NCBI GenBank assembly: GCA_024233875.1
Contig: JACKPB010000009.1
Location: 21,191-85,190 of the forward strand
Direction: 5' to 3'
Source of the DNA: Leptospiraceae bacterium
GTDB taxonomy: Bacteria > Spirochaetota > Leptospiria > Leptospirales > Leptospiraceae
DNA length: 64,000 bases
Shown here: in pieces, positions 20,791 to 28,535 of the stretch
Position numbering within the stretch: the stretch's first letter is position 1
Layout: every line of letters begins with the position of its first letter
Program-made: the position numbers and the translations under genes
The notes under the pieces: generated by a model
Databases searched by the model: none
Told to the model about the DNA's origin: nothing
The model's input: the letters and a program-made list of their open reading frames with translations, nothing else

Positions 20791-21936
20791 CTATTTCTCC
20801 TTTTTTGAAATCGATTTCTTTAATAACAAACCAAAACTGGAAGAATGACTGACTTCCTGATCTGTAAGATAACTTCTAAAGTCTAACTCTTCTCGGGTTG
20901 ATTTAGCTTTTTCTATGGAAGCAGAGATTTGCCTCTTAACAGGGTTTACTTCCTGAATGAAGACTTCGATTTTGTCTCCCTGCTTGAATTTTGTATTCAA
21001 TGGAGTTCGCAAAGGCAATCCTGTTTCTTTGTTCGGTACCAGACAATGGAAAGTATCTGAGAGCTTAACGAAAATACCAAAAGGTTTTAAACTTTCAATA
21101 GTTCCCTCAATTATATCGCCCTCTTTATAGGGGATTGAATTTGCCCAGGGATCATTCAATGAACTCTTCAGGCTAAGGGTGAATTTATTTTCTTTCCAAT
21201 CGAGCTGCAATACCTGAGCTCTGAGTGACTGACCTACCTGAAATTCATTCTCCAGGACCAGTCCACGTTTGAAACTGGTTTCACTCTGTGGAATCAGAGC
21301 ATCCACTCCATTCATATCAACTATCAAACCAAATTTATGAATGGATTTGATTGTACATGAAACAAAGGATCCTTCTTTAAGTTCTTCTTTGAGAAGGTCT
21401 CTTTTTAAAAGTTTTTCTTTATCAGAAAGTTTTTTGGAAGATACAATGATTTTTTTGGATTTGCTTTGGATTTCGTGGATGATAAATCTACTCTTTACTC
21501 CGGAGAGTGATTTAGATTTTTCTGATGAGTCTATTTGTGAAAATGGACAAAAAGCTATCAATGAGTCCAACTTGACTTCATAACCATTGCTCAACTCCTG
21601 ACCGTACTGTCCGACTACCGGAATGTCATACACTTGTGCAATTTCAAGTGATTCGATAGAAATCTCTTCACCGCTCAAATTATAAGTGAAATAATAGTCG
21701 CCATGATCTTCTCTCAGAAAGTACACATCAAGAAACTCACCTTTGCGGGGAAGTTCAAGATCCTGAAATTCTTGAGTGGATAAAATACCCTGAAGCCCAT
21801 CTTCTGTTTTTACAAAGATATAGTCATCTCTTATGTCTACGATAGAAACCCGGAAGGGTGTGCCGGATTCTAAACTTTTTCGTTTTTTAAAATTTTCTTC
21901 TAAGAGTTGTGCGAATTTTGAATTCCGATCTTTCAT
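20791..21936 (-). CDS. S1 RNA-binding domain protein (at least three S1-like domains)
   Basis: Repeated S1 OB-fold patterns (GDIIEGTIESLKPFGIFVKL; GSFVSCTIKSIHKFGLIVDM; FKQGDKIEVFIQEV). Confidence 0.5.
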   Translation of the reverse strand: MKDRNSKFAQLLEENFKKRKSLESGTPFRVSIVDIRDDYIFVKTEDGLQGILSTQEFQDLELPRKGEFLDVYFLREDHGDYYFTYNLSGEEISIESLEIAQVYDIPVVGQYGQELSNGYEVKLDSLIAFCPFSQIDSSEKSKSLSGVKSRFIIHEIQSKSKKIIVSSKKLSDKEKLLKRDLLKEELKEGSFVSCTIKSIHKFGLIVDMNGVDALIPQSETSFKRGLVLENEFQVGQSLRAQVLQLDWKENKFTLSLKSSLNDPWANSIPYKEGDIIEGTIESLKPFGIFVKLSDTFHCLVPNKETGLPLRTPLNTKFKQGDKIEVFIQEVNPVKRQISASIEKAKSTREELDFRSYLTDQEVSHSSSFGLLLKKSISKKEK

Positions 21937-21942
21937 ATCTTC

Positions 21943-22212
21943 CTACTTATCCAATTTTACAATCTCAATCTGTCCATCGGTACTGTTAATGTTTTCAATT
22001 TTATTTAAATAAAATTTCATTAGTTCGCTAATTTGATCAGTAAAATCCGAATTCAATAGAGATTTTAGAATTCGATTCAAAGCAATTTCATTTGGAATTG
22101 TGAATTCTGTGGAGATATCTTTTACGATTTTTGAATTCAAGAGTTCTTTCTTTAATAAGTCATCCATACGTTTATCCGATACCCAAGTTGGTTTTTTAAA
22201 TTTGAAATTCAA
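21943..22212 (-). CDS. Hypothetical small protein
   Basis: 89-aa ORF, 6 bp upstream of the S1-domain gene; no recognisable family. Confidence 0.3.
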   Translation of the reverse strand: MNFKFKKPTWVSDKRMDDLLKKELLNSKIVKDISTEFTIPNEIALNRILKSLLNSDFTDQISELMKFYLNKIENINSTDGQIEIVKLDK

Positions 22213-22333
22213 ACAATAATTTTTAAATTTGGAAATTTAATTTTTCTCAGACTCCTTAAGGATTCATTTAGATCTGATAGGAAGTAGATTTGATTTTTGC
22301 TTTTCTATTTTTGATGAGGAAGGGAGGGAAAAT

Positions 22334-22361
22334 AAAAAGAGCGGAGGTTTTCCGCTCTTTT
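22334..22361 (-). terminator. Rho-independent terminator (bidirectional-capable hairpin) downstream of the 22371..22787 gene
   Basis: Perfect inverted repeat AAAAGAGCGGA-GGTTTT-TCCGCTCTTTT, with T-runs on both strands. Confidence 0.65.
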
Positions 22362-22370
22362 GGGTAGGGG

Positions 22371-22787
22371 TTATTTTAAAGCTAGTTTTTTGTATTCTTC
22401 TACCGGATTTTGAGCTACAGAGATATTTTGATAGTATTCTGCTTGTTGGTCAAGTAGATCAGCTTTTTGAAGCATGTCTCTGGACTTGATAGCTTGAGCT
22501 CTAAACTTTCCACCGGTAGCAACTTTCGCCATTTCTCTGTATCTTTGAGCTTCTTGTTTTTTAGCAAGAGCTATATTTGAGAAGTATTTAGCAACTGCAG
22601 TTTTTTGACCCGGAGTTACAGCGCCTTCAACGAGAGCTTGTTCCAGAAGTCTGGATTCTGTCTCACTGCTAGTTGCTGAGATTGAAGTTACTGCCAAGAT
22701 TGCTGCGAAGATTGTGATTGCTTTTAGTGTTGTTTTCATGTCTTTAACCCTTTTTGTATATTTGACCATTTGTAGTATAGGTTGCAA
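22371..22787 (-). CDS. Hypothetical secreted protein. The functional start is probably the internal Met at 22739, giving an MKTTLKAITIFAAILAVTSISA signal peptide.
   Basis: Signal-peptide-like N-terminus followed by a helical, charged 110-aa body, then a terminator. Confidence 0.4.
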   Translation of the reverse strand: MQPILQMVKYTKRVKDMKTTLKAITIFAAILAVTSISATSSETESRLLEQALVEGAVTPGQKTAVAKYFSNIALAKKQEAQRYREMAKVATGGKFRAQAIKSRDMLQKADLLDQQAEYYQNISVAQNPVEEYKKLALK

Positions 22788-23242
22788 TTAGTGTACCAGG
22801 TATTTTTTTAAAAAAAATATCGAATTTCCTAGGTTTTTGAATGATTCAAAAGAAATTGATTAATTTTAAGGCTTACTTTTAATCTATTTAGGATTAATAT
22901 TAATCTAAAAAGACAAAAATTGCTTAGAACTATTGAAGTTTGGTTATTTTTAATTAATTAATAAAAAATGAATTTGAATTCTATTGGTTAATCTTTGGAC
23001 AATTTTTTACTTTTTAATCATCCGAAAATAAATAGATCATTCTATAAACAAATCTAACCTAAGTTGCATCTTTATGATACATATTTTCTCTTCATTTTTT
23101 TAAGTCTTACAATTTTGGCTGAGGCACTTGATCTTTTTCTTCTTTTTTTTGATGAATTTCTTCTTTTTTTCTAGTATTTAGCTCTGAAAAAGGAAAATAT
23201 CTTAGAGAAAAAATCAATTTCTCTTAGAATCAAGAGTTCAAG

Positions 23243-23350
23243 TCATTTTCAAAAAGAATTGCGCATTCACTGTTCGATCAGCAATTAAATGGCTACGACC
23301 CTTAAACAGAAAAACGCAATTTTTTTTGAGAACTGGAATATAAGAAAATT
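23243..23350. repeat. Copy A of a roughly 105-bp intergenic repeat family (core TCATTTTCAA...CGCATTCACTG...AAATGGCTAC...AGAAAAACGCAAT...GAGAACTGGA.TATA)
   Basis: About 80 percent identity to 35118..35225 when aligned by eye, with several short indels. Confidence 0.6.
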
Positions 23351-23492
23351 TACTAATTTTCTACCAGGCAGATCTAGAATTCCCGGAATTGATCATAGAT
23401 TTTTGAGGAAATAATTGGAGAGAATGAATTTTTTAATAAATAAGGAGGGATAAGGGAAACTGATGGGTAAAAAATACCCATCTGCTGTTTTC

Positions 23493-24125
23493 TTATTCTG
23501 CGCCGGCTTCTACCAGAGCTTTGATTATGTCTTTGTAATTTTTTTCTTTGGCATAATTCAGTGCAGTCTTTCCCTTGATATTGGTATCATTTACATTTGG
23601 TTTGTTTTCTAAAATGAATTGAACTGTTTGGACTCTACCTTCATATGATGCCCACATTAAAGGAGTCACTCCCTTGTCATCTTTTGTATTGATGTCTGCA
23701 CCTTTTTCCAAAAGCATTTTCGCTATGGGCAGTAGATTTTTTCTGAGTGATATAGAAAGGGATGTCTTACCATTTTCCCCTCTGACTTTTAAATCAGCAT
23801 TGTTTTCTAAAAGAACAGAGACTACATCTTTATTTCCATTACCACAGGCAATCATAAGAGGCGTCAAATCGCGAATCCTGGAGTTGACATCCCCTCCCGA
23901 CTGAATAGCCCTCTTGAGTCCACCCACATCGCCGCTGACTACATGACGAAAGAGCTCTTCATTAGCATGGGGATTGAACTTTGGTTGATCTGAGGTGGAT
24001 TCAGTAGAGGAATCTTTCTTTGATTCTTCTTTTTTAGGCTCCTCTTTTGCAGTTTCTTTGGATTCCTGTGCTATTGCTACTGAAAACCCCAGAAATATAA
24101 TCAGTAATGGGATAACTTTTTTCAT
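23493..24125 (-). CDS. Secreted ankyrin-repeat protein
   Basis: N-terminal signal peptide (MKKVIPLLIIFLGFSVAIAQ) and 3-4 ankyrin repeats (…TPLMIACGNGNKDVVSVLLENNADLKV…; …GVTPLMWASYEGRVQTVQFILENKPNVN…; …GKTALNYAKEKNYKDIIKALVEAGAE). Confidence 0.75.
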   Translation of the reverse strand: MKKVIPLLIIFLGFSVAIAQESKETAKEEPKKEESKKDSSTESTSDQPKFNPHANEELFRHVVSGDVGGLKRAIQSGGDVNSRIRDLTPLMIACGNGNKDVVSVLLENNADLKVRGENGKTSLSISLRKNLLPIAKMLLEKGADINTKDDKGVTPLMWASYEGRVQTVQFILENKPNVNDTNIKGKTALNYAKEKNYKDIIKALVEAGAE

Positions 24126-24376
24126 GGAAAACTCCTTTTCTAAGATTTCATTTTGATTGATCTTTCAGATAATTTCCTAAATTTCAATGGAAAGCCAAAA
24201 CAATAGTTTAGACCGGTACACATTATTGTTTGATTGAAAGGGAACAATCAGTTTCTTCTCACTAACCAATTTCTTAATAATTCTTGTACTCTCCTGTTTG
24301 GCAAATCGTTATTCAATCAAATCAGGAAAATTTGAAAAATCATTTCGAAATCCTATAGTTATCATCGAAAAAAAAA

Positions 24377-26101
24377 TTACTTCGCTACACATCGAACATA
24401 AAAGATATTTGTTTTTGATGAAAAATAACTCTCGAAGTTTTTCATATTTATATTGTAAGCGTTGTCCGAATCTTCTTCGTGTGGAGTGGATGACCAATAT
24501 TCACAACAGGGTTTAGAAAGTAATTTTCGAGATTTGCTCTCGTAACCGATTTTCAACTCCTGTTTTGTAGGCAGGCGCATACCCAGATTTCTACAATGAG
24601 TGGAAGCTGAGTACCAATTCATACGTTTCACCTCTGTAGATTGCCAGATGAGATCTCCAGCCGAAATGTAACCATTATTCGTCTGAATGGGAACCTCGTC
24701 CTCGGGCTCTGATTTTTCGTCTTCAGGATCTTCGGAAGGGTCTTTTTTTTCTTCTTCCGGTGGTGGATTCAATTCGATTTTTTTTAAGTTGATCTGTCTT
24801 TGCTCGATGCTCTTTACATCTTTGAGTAAAATGTCTACTGACTCTTCGTTGTAGCCTTCTAAAAGAATAGAATATTTGTAATTTCCGGGTTCACGTTTTG
24901 AAGTTGAGTAGGGAGTGATCCCTTCATAAAGATTTGTGTTTTTATCCACAACCTTGGCACCGGGAGGAATCGTCTCCAGGACAATATTGATGGTTGGATT
25001 CTCGAGGATCACTTTGTATCCCAAAAACCCACCGATTCCCAACCCCAAAAACAAAAATGCAAAAATCAACCCCCAACTGTTTTGGATCGCATGGTGGGAG
25101 GTGGGAGTGAGATTGAGTTTTGTGCCTATCAACTCTCCCAATTCGAGAGCAAATTCGCTAGCAGTTTGATATCGCTTCTTTCTGCTTTTGGCACAGGCTT
25201 TTTCTATAATTTTTTCGGTTTTGTCGCTGACTTTTAGATAATCCGGATCTGTTCTCTCAACTCTTCCGCGAATTCTCTGATTGAGGCTGGGTAATTTCTC
25301 TTTGACCTGCTTAATCATGATCGAAAGACCGCTATCCCCCTTGAAGGGCAATTCGCCGGCCAATAGCTCAAACAGCATGATTCCAACAGAGTAGACATCA
25401 CTTCTTCCATCTATGTCTTTTCTACCCTGACATTGTTCGGGACTCATGTAATTGGCTGTACCCATAGTCATCCGTGTGCGGGTGATGGAAGAATCGGATA
25501 TCTTAGCGATCCCAAAATCAACAATGATAGGCTCTCCGGTATTCCGAAACATGATATTTGCAGGTTTTATGTCTCTATGAGATTGGAGATTGTTTTCGTG
25601 ACAAAAATGGAGGGCATCTAAAATTTTTGTAATGATTTCAATGGCTTCTTTGAAAGGAAATTGAACTCCCCTTTCTTTAAATTCTTTGATTTTGTCAGCC
25701 AGAGAACCACCGGGAGCATACTCCATGATATAATAAGGGCGGTCATTGCACACTCCTACGTCGATGACTTCAACGATATTCATGTGCTTCAAGCGAGCGG
25801 GAGTCCTCGCTTCGAGTAAGAATCTTTCGCGAATTTCTTCATCATTGGAAATGTCTTCATTGAGAATCTTTACTACTACTTTTCTTTGAAGAGCGGTTTG
25901 CTCCCCCAGATAGACTGTAGCCATTCCTCCCTTCCCGATTTTCTTTTCCAAAACAAATTTTGGAAAAAGATGCTCATTGAGCATATCCAAATCGGAATCT
26001 TTGGTAGAAGAGGAACTAGTCCCACCACTGAGACTATTTCCACACTGACCACAAAACTTCAACTGGTCGGCATTTTCAAATCCGCAATAAAAACACTTCA
26101 T
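24377..26101 (-). CDS. Serine/threonine protein kinase. Domain order: N-terminal zinc ribbon, Hanks-type kinase domain, one TM helix, PEGA-like domain, C-terminal Lcl/DUF1566-like domain.
   Basis: CxxC...CxxC at the N-terminus. Kinase motifs: GxGxxG-like GKGGMATVY, VVVK, HRDIKPANIM, DFG, SPE. A hydrophobic helix (WGLIFAFLFLGLGIGGFLGY). A PEGA-like stretch (IPPGAKVVDKNTNLYEGITPY…EGY). C-terminal motifs resembling DUF1566 (WQSTEV…RLPTKQEL…YWSSTP…VRCV). Confidence 0.8.
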   Translation of the reverse strand: MKCFYCGFENADQLKFCGQCGNSLSGGTSSSSTKDSDLDMLNEHLFPKFVLEKKIGKGGMATVYLGEQTALQRKVVVKILNEDISNDEEIRERFLLEARTPARLKHMNIVEVIDVGVCNDRPYYIMEYAPGGSLADKIKEFKERGVQFPFKEAIEIITKILDALHFCHENNLQSHRDIKPANIMFRNTGEPIIVDFGIAKISDSSITRTRMTMGTANYMSPEQCQGRKDIDGRSDVYSVGIMLFELLAGELPFKGDSGLSIMIKQVKEKLPSLNQRIRGRVERTDPDYLKVSDKTEKIIEKACAKSRKKRYQTASEFALELGELIGTKLNLTPTSHHAIQNSWGLIFAFLFLGLGIGGFLGYKVILENPTINIVLETIPPGAKVVDKNTNLYEGITPYSTSKREPGNYKYSILLEGYNEESVDILLKDVKSIEQRQINLKKIELNPPPEEEKKDPSEDPEDEKSEPEDEVPIQTNNGYISAGDLIWQSTEVKRMNWYSASTHCRNLGMRLPTKQELKIGYESKSRKLLSKPCCEYWSSTPHEEDSDNAYNINMKNFESYFSSKTNIFYVRCVAK

Positions 26102-26105
26102 TTTA

Positions 26106-26489
26106 TTAAGATAATTCTGAAATATAGTCTCTATATTTTTGAGAATCCATCAAACCTTCTCTACCGGACAAATCAACATTCTTGAGTTTTATCAACCATG
26201 AACCATAAGCATCTTTATTGAGAAGAGATGGATCACTGACTACTGATTCGTTGATCTCCACAACTTCTCCCGAAATAGGAGAGTAAAGATCTTCTGCGGC
26301 CTTTACAGATTCCAGGGTCCCGCAGGATTCACCTTTCTCAATCTTAGAACCGACTTTCGGGAGTTGGACAAAAACAAGATCTCCTAATGAATTCTGAGCA
26401 AAATCAGAGATACCAATGGTTGCCAGATCTGATTCTAACTTCAACCATTCATGTTTTTCTGTATATTCTAAACCATCTAGTACATTCAT
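26106..26489 (-). CDS. gcvH: Glycine cleavage system H protein
   Basis: Lipoyl-attachment region (…CGTLESVKAAEDLYSPISGEV…), about 127 aa, downstream of gcvT. Confidence 0.9.
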   Translation of the reverse strand: MNVLDGLEYTEKHEWLKLESDLATIGISDFAQNSLGDLVFVQLPKVGSKIEKGESCGTLESVKAAEDLYSPISGEVVEINESVVSDPSLLNKDAYGSWLIKLKNVDLSGREGLMDSQKYRDYISELS

Positions 26490-26498
26490 TGAATTACC

Positions 26499-27611
26499 TT
26501 AATTATTTTTTTTAACCTTTGTTGGAACAAAGCTTCCTTTTTGAAGGATGGCCTTTTTCTTCTCTCCTCGAATTTCTACCATAACTTCTTCAGAAGATCC
26601 GAGCTCTTCAGAGATCACCAGAGCGATACCTATGCCTTTTTTCAAGACAGGTGAAAATGTACCTGACGTGACAAGACCAATCTCTCTTCCTGAAGTAGAA
26701 AAAATCGGGAAGTGCTCTCTCAACACTCCAGCTCCTTCTAAAACAATTCCAATCATCTTAATTTCACAACCATTTTTCTTTTGATCAATAATATTATCGT
26801 AACCAAAGTACTTGATAGCCTTTTCTTTTACAATCCAAGAAATTCCCGATTCTACCGGGTTGCGGATCATACTCAGTTCATGACCATATAGGGGATATCT
26901 CATCTCTATTCGGAGAGTGTCCCTGGCTCCCAAACCTATGGGTTTCAGACCCCGGGGCAAACCTACTTCAAGAATTTTCTTCCAAAGTTGTACACCATAT
27001 GCATTGGAACTATAGATCTCAAAACCATCTTCCCCTGTGTATCCGGTTCTGGAAATGATTAAGGTTTCTGATTGAATGCTTTTTTCTACAAAATTATAGT
27101 AATTTATGTCGGATAAAGAAAATCCAAAAACTTCAGAAAGAATTTCTTCAGCCAGAGGGCCCTGGATGGCCAGAAGATGGTAGTCCTGGCTGGCATTGGT
27201 AATCTTTACGCCGGGATCATACTTGATTAGAAAATTATAAACACTTTCAAAATTAGAAGCATTCGAGCAAATCATGTACTTTTCTTCATTGAATCGATAG
27301 AGAGTGATGTCATCTACAATCCCTCCCTGCTCATTCAAGACAGCATTGTACTGAACCTGACCGTCTTTCATTGTACCTACTGTGTTGCAGGTTAGTTTTT
27401 CTAAAAATGGTAGGAGAAGATCTTTTGAGTTTTCAATAAAAATCTGACCCATATGAGAGACATCGAATAGCCCGGCTTTAGTTCTGGTAGCCATGTGCTC
27501 ATCAATGATACTGGAATATTGCAAAGGCATCTCCCAACCACCAAAAGGAGTCATCTTTGCTTTCATTTCTTTATGTGTGTCGTTTAAGGGGGTCTTTTTT
27601 AATGTTTCCAA
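26499..27611 (-). CDS. gcvT: Glycine cleavage system aminomethyltransferase T
   Basis: About 370 aa with the GcvT family pattern (…GWEMPLQYSSIIDEHMATRTKAGLFDVSHMGQ…). Confidence 0.9.
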   Translation of the reverse strand: METLKKTPLNDTHKEMKAKMTPFGGWEMPLQYSSIIDEHMATRTKAGLFDVSHMGQIFIENSKDLLLPFLEKLTCNTVGTMKDGQVQYNAVLNEQGGIVDDITLYRFNEEKYMICSNASNFESVYNFLIKYDPGVKITNASQDYHLLAIQGPLAEEILSEVFGFSLSDINYYNFVEKSIQSETLIISRTGYTGEDGFEIYSSNAYGVQLWKKILEVGLPRGLKPIGLGARDTLRIEMRYPLYGHELSMIRNPVESGISWIVKEKAIKYFGYDNIIDQKKNGCEIKMIGIVLEGAGVLREHFPIFSTSGREIGLVTSGTFSPVLKKGIGIALVISEELGSSEEVMVEIRGEKKKAILQKGSFVPTKVKKNN

Positions 27612-27677
27612 AACAATCCAACATCCTAAGTTTTTTTAACCAGTATTTACATAGGATAAAGAAAGAAAAAGAACTTT

Positions 27678-28535
27678 TCAATATTTCATGATTCGGTTTT
27701 GAAACCCGGAAATATAAGATCTTCCAAATATATTTACATGTACCAACATAGGATAGATCTGCCAGAAATCTCTGCGTTCCCTGTATCCAGATTCTAATCC
27801 TATCAAGGGAGCGATTTCTTCTATCCAACCGGCAGGAAATCCTCCGAAAAGTTCGGACATTGCGAAATCCTGTTCGGGAATTGAATAACTCAGACTGGGA
27901 TCTATGAGATAAACCCCTTTTTTGGATCCGAGAACATTTCCACTCCAAAGATCTCCATGAACCAAGACTGGTGAATGGGAATCCAAGCCCCAATTTTCAG
28001 CACAACGAAAATGGATTTCTTCCAGCTTCAATAAGTGATCCGTATCCAATAATCCATTAGAAATTGCTTTAGATACCAGAGGATAGAGTCTTTGAGTCCA
28101 GAAAAACTCAGAAAATTTCTCGAAGTAAGCATTGGTTTGAGAGAGCGTCCCGATGTAATTGTTTCTTTCAAACCCGAATTTTGAGTTTTTATTTTGATAC
28201 AATACGATTAGAGTTTCAATCAAATCCTTTTTCTGAATTCGATCTGTATCAATGTATTCCATAAATAAATAGGATTGATTTTGATACTTAAGAAGATGAA
28301 ACAATTCCGGAACTCTTACTTTCTTTTGAAAGAGGTAATTCAATGAATAACTCTCTACCTCTGCAAGTTCTTGGTTATCAATTACCTTTACTATCACCCG
28401 CTTTTCATGATCCCGAATCAGGTAAATAGGGAAAAGGCTCTGAGAAAAAAAAGAAACTTTTACTGAACCCGGATTAGTAAATAAATTAAACAGTTCTCCG
28501 GAATCTATAAGCTTATGAATTGTACTTTCCATCAA
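27678..28535 (-). CDS. Fructosamine kinase family protein (protein-kinase-like fold phosphotransferase)
   Basis: Catalytic HGDLWSGN motif and the IDP... Mg-binding region, about 285 aa. Confidence 0.7.
   Translation of the reverse strand: MMESTIHKLIDSGELFNLFTNPGSVKVSFFSQSLFPIYLIRDHEKRVIVKVIDNQELAEVESYSLNYLFQKKVRVPELFHLLKYQNQSYLFMEYIDTDRIQKKDLIETLIVLYQNKNSKFGFERNNYIGTLSQTNAYFEKFSEFFWTQRLYPLVSKAISNGLLDTDHLLKLEEIHFRCAENWGLDSHSPVLVHGDLWSGNVLGSKKGVYLIDPSLSYSIPEQDFAMSELFGGFPAGWIEEIAPLIGLESGYRERRDFWQIYPMLVHVNIFGRSYISGFQNRIMKY

Noticed and set aside
24298-24516. Small ORFs (72 and 62 aa) in the ankyrin/STK intergenic region, overlapping the 3' end of the kinase gene
   Set aside because: They overlap each other on opposite strands and overlap the kinase C-terminus. 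No Shine-Dalgarno or family signal.
27571-27993. 140-aa minus-strand ORF overlapping the gcvT start and the fructosamine-kinase-family gene
   Set aside because: It is an alternative frame across two well-supported genes, with an Arg/Ser-rich low-complexity translation typical of off-frame reads.
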